DNA of 64,000 bases from an uncultured delta proteobacterium (GTDB lineage: Bacteria > Myxococcota_A > Polyangia > Haliangiales > Haliangiaceae), in assembly GCA_963743525.1 (NCBI GenBank), contig CAVUQH010000003.1, forward strand, positions 1,120,001 to 1,184,000. Direction: 5' to 3'. Of this stretch, positions 57,790-64,000 are shown piece after piece. The translations under genes were made by a program, and so were the position numbers. The first letter of the stretch is position 1. Every line of letters begins with the position of its first letter. The notes under the pieces were generated by a model. That model had not been told where the DNA came from. It made no database searches and was given only the letters and a program-made list of their open reading frames with translations.

Positions 57790-58932
57790 CCACGCTCGAA
57801 CGCACCACCACCCATCCGGACGACGGCCCCCGCCGCCCGCATCCGGGGCTGGGACTGCCTCGAGTTCTGGGTGGGCAACGCCCGCACCACCGCCGGCTTC
57901 CTGATGTCGGCGTTCGGGTTCACGCTGCACCGGCTACGCCGGACCGGAGACCGGCGTGCGCGACCGGGTCAGCTACGTGCTCGAGCAGGGCGACATCCGC
58001 TTCGTGGTCTCCGGCGCGCTCGACGCCGACTCGCCGATCGCCGCCCACGTGCGCCCCCACGGCGACGGCGTCCGCGACCTGGCCTTCCTCGTCGACGACG
58101 TCGACGCCGCCTACGCCGCCGCCGTGGCCCGCGGCGCCCGACGCCGGTGCGCGAGCCGTGGGACGAGCAGGACGAGCACGGCACGATGCGCCGGCGCCGG
58201 GTCGCCACCTACGGCGAGACCGTGCACACCTTCGTCGACCGCGGCCGCTACGACGGCCCCGTTCGCGCCCGGCTTCACGCCGACCGACCTGCCGCCCGAC
58301 GCCGGTCGGGCCCGAGGTCGGCCTCGCCGGCATCGACCACGTCGTGGGCAACGTGCCGAACAGGGCAGCCTCGACACGTGGGTCGACTTCTACGAGCAGG
58401 TCTTCGGCTTCGACGCAGCTCGACCCACTTCGACGACGACCAGATCTCCACCGAGTACTCGGCGCTCATGTCCACGGTGGTGTGGGACGGCTCGAAGATC
58501 GTGCATGCCCATCAACGAGCCGGCCGACGGCCGCAGGAAGAGCCAGATCGAGGAGTACCTCGAGTGCTACGGCGGCCCCGGCGTGCAGCACATCGCCCTG
58601 CCACCGCCGACATCGTGGCCACGGTCGACGGCGCTGCGGGCCGCGGGGCGTGCGCTTCATGCAGGTGCCCGACACCTACTACGCCGAGGCCAAGGAGCGG
58701 ATGGCCGACTTCGACCTGCCGTGGGACGACCTCGCAGCGGCTGCGGCATCCTCGTCGACCGCGACGCACGACGGCTACCTGCTCCAGATCTTCACCGAGA
58801 CCGTCACCGACCGGCCCACCGTGTTCTTCGAGATCATCGAGCGGCACGGGGCGCAGCGGCTTCGGCGAGGGCAACTTCAAGGCCCTGTTCGAGGCCATCG
58901 AGCGCGAGCAGGCCCGCCGCGGCAACCTGTGA
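57786..58932 (+). CDS. hppD: 4-hydroxyphenylpyruvate dioxygenase; frameshifted
   Basis: [51 protein letters not shown]. Confidence 0.93.
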
Positions 58933-60073
58933 GCCGGACTGCCGATGTGGCGGCCGGCGTGGCCCACGCCTACGGGGTGATCCGGCCGGCGCCCGGCCAT
59001 CCGCCACGCATCGCCGTCCGTCGCGGCAACCGCGTGGTCGACCTGCGCGACGTCCCGGGCGTGCCCGCCGCCGTCGCCGGCGCCCACTCGCTGACGCCGC
59101 TGCTCGACCTCGGACGCCAGGGGTGGGACGACATCGACGGCGCGGTCACCACCCACCTCCCGGATCTGGCAGCCGCAGCGGAACATCGGATCGACGACGT
59201 GCGGGTCGTGCTTCCCGTCCGGCCCCGTGACTACGTCGACTTCTACGCCTCCGAGCACCACGCCACCAACGTCGGGCGGCTGTTCCGGCCCGACGGCGAT
59301 CCGCTGCTGCCCAACTGGCGGCACGTGCCCGTCGGCTACCACGGCCGCGCCGGATCGCTGGTCGTCTCGGGTACGCCGGTCCGGCGACCGTCCGGCGTCC
59401 TGGAGCCGGGCGTCTTCGGGCCGTGCCGGCGCCTCGACCTCGAGCTCGAGCTCGGCTTCGTCGGTCGGCACCACGGTGCCGATGGGCACGGCCGTGCGGC
59501 CCGACGAGGCCGACCGGCCACGTGTTCGGCGTGGTGCTGGTCAACGACTGGTCGGCCCGCGACATCCAGGCCTTCGAGTACCAGCCGCTGGGCCCGTTCG
59601 CCGGCAAGAGCTTCGCCACGTCGATCGGTGGATGGATCACGCCGCTGTCCGCGCTGTCGCTGGTGGCCGGCCCCAACCAGGATCCTGCGCCGGTCGAGTC
59701 CCTGCGGGCCGAGCGCGACTGGGCGGTGGACCTCGAGGTGGCCTGGTCCGTCAACGGCACCGAGCTCGGCCGCACCAACGCCCGCCACCTGTACTGGAGC
59801 TTCGCCCAGCAGCTCGCCCACCTGACGGCCAACGGCGCCGGCGTGCACCGCGGCGACCTGTTCGCCTCGGGCACCATCTCCGGGCCGGGGCCCGACGAGG
59901 TCGGCTGCCTGCTCGAGCGCACCCGCAACGGCGCCGAACCCATCGAGCTCGACGACGGCTCCACCCGCACCTGGCTCGAGGACGGCGACGAGGTGACGCT
60001 CACGGCCACGTGGTCGGGCGGCTCGCTCGCCGAGGTCACGGGTACGGTCCAACCAGCCCAGGAGGTCCGCTGA
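58929..60073 (+). CDS. fahA: Fumarylacetoacetase; frameshifted
   Basis: [49 protein letters not shown]. Confidence 0.92.
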
Positions 60074-61282
60074 TGCCCCACTACCGCCGGGTCGGAACGA
60101 TCCCCCGCAAGCGTCACATCAAGGCCTACGACGCCGACGGCAACCGCCTGGCCGAGGAGTTGTTCGGCACCGAGGGCTTCCACCGCGAGTCGGCGCTGCT
60201 CTACCACCGGCACTCGCCGTCGGCGATCCACGCCGCCGAACCCATCCCCGATCCTGCTTCTGGGGTGCAGATCCCGCGCCCTGACGCGGGATCTGCACCC
60301 CAGAACGGTCAGGAAGGTCGGGGACGGCCCGGACCGAGGCACTTCCGAACCGGCGAGCTCGCGGCGACGTCGGATCTGGTGACCGGACGCCACCGCTTGC
60401 TGGCCAACGCCGACGTGACCATCGCGTTCGCTCGGGTCAGCGACCCGTCCCCGCTGTACCGCTCCGCCGTCGGCGACGAGCTGGTCTACGTGCACGAGGG
60501 CGCGGCCACGCTCGAGTCGGTGTTCGGCGCCCTCGAGGTGACCGCCGGCGACTACGTGGTGGTGCCCGCCGGCACGACGCACCGCTGGATGCCGGCCGCG
60601 GGCGGCGTCGCCGCGTTGGTCGTCGAGTCGAGCGGCCACGTCCGGATCCCCGACAAGTACCTGACCGCGCACGGCCAGCTGGCCGAGGGGTCGCCGTACT
60701 CCGAGCGCGACCTGCGGGCGCCGGCCGAGCCGCTGCTGGCCGAGGGCGACGATGTCCCCGTCTTCGTACGAACCGCAGCCGGGTGGGTCTGCTACCGGCA
60801 CGCCACCCACCCCTTCGACGTGGTCGGCTGGGACGGCTACCTCTACCCCCACGCCCTGGCCATCTCCGACTTCGAGCCGATCGTCGGGCGCATCCACCAG
60901 CCCCCGCCGCGTGCACCAGACGTGGCAGCTGCCCGGTGCGGTCGTGTGCTCGTTCGTGCCCCGCCCCTTCGATCTCGACCCCGATGCCGTCCGTGTGCCC
61001 TACCACCACCACAACGTGGACAGCGACGAGATCCTGTTCTACGCCGACGGCGACTTCATGAGCCGGGCCGGTTCGGGCATCGGCGTCGGGTCGATCTCGT
61101 ATCACCCGGCCGGGTTCGTGCACGGGCCGCAACCGGGTTCGTCCGAGCGCGCCGATGCCGCCGCGGCCGACGGCAACGGCACCCGGGAGACGGCGGTGAT
61201 GATCGACACGTTCCAGCCGTTGCAGGTGCTGGATGCGGCCGCCGGCATCGACGTGCCCGACTACTTCCGTTCCTGGGGATAG
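60073..61282 (+). CDS. hmgA: Homogentisate 1,2-dioxygenase; one frameshift near 60905
   Basis: PRKRH, SPYSERD, HPFDVVGWDG, GRIHQPP, PYHHHNVDSDE, HGPQPG, AVMIDTF. Confidence 0.92.
60258..60305. repeat. Perfect palindromic element inside the hmgA reading frame
   Basis: TTCTGGGGTGCAGATCCCGCG-CCCTGA-CGCGGGATCTGCACCCCAGAA (21-bp perfect arms). Confidence 0.9.
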
Positions 61283-61291
61283 GCTCGTCCC

Positions 61292-61570
61292 GTGGGGCGG
61301 GAAGACGAGATCAGAGGGACCTTCCAGACGGCCGACCACCGGCGCGTCGAGGTCGTGATCCCCGATGAGGACGCCTTCGAGGCGCTCCGCGACGCCCTCG
61401 GCGACCCGGTCTGGCTGGTGGGTGCCACCTGGGAGGTGCTCACCACCAACGACTTCAAGCGGGGCCGGTTCGAGGACGCGTTCGGGGCGTGGGCCGAGCG
61501 CCAGGACAGTGGCGAGCTCACCGCCACGTTGGGCGCCGCCGGCATCACCGTGGTGCCGATGCCGGGCTGA
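61292..61570 (+). CDS. Hypothetical protein (92 aa)
   Basis: Clean ORF; TAGGCT hexamer 6 nt before GTG. Confidence 0.6.
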   Translation: MGREDEIRGTFQTADHRRVEVVIPDEDAFEALRDALGDPVWLVGATWEVLTTNDFKRGRFEDAFGAWAERQDSGELTATLGAAGITVVPMPG

Positions 61571-61575
61571 GGCCC

Positions 61576-64000
<2,425 letters not shown>

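Overview
Very GC-rich actinobacterial chromosomal segment; gene content (F420-type LLM oxidoreductases, mca, WS/DGAT, dnaE2) suggests an Acidimicrobiia-like organism (inference). It holds about 55 genes: a Liv-type ABC transporter operon with an unusual large membrane/surface protein, many lipid and acyl-CoA catabolic enzymes, a sigma-70 factor, a GGDEF-EAL protein, glgP, copper-related genes, a MazF-type toxin-antitoxin pair, NfeD/SPFH, a Lrp-phhA-hppD-fahA-hmgA Phe/Tyr catabolic cluster and DNA-damage genes. Many conserved genes carry several small frameshifts that look like consensus (indel) errors, so coordinates of those genes are approximate and several long computed ORFs are chimeras. 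No rRNA, tRNA, CRISPR or transposase was seen. The most notable observations are: a perfect 21-bp-arm palindrome inserted in frame inside hmgA, apparently one of a family of ~50-bp intergenic palindromic elements; the 8-TM plus extracellular-domain protein embedded in the ABC operon; a 22-bp operator shared by two lipid-catabolic genes; LexA and PafBC-like DNA-damage motifs; and pervasive leaderless gene starts.
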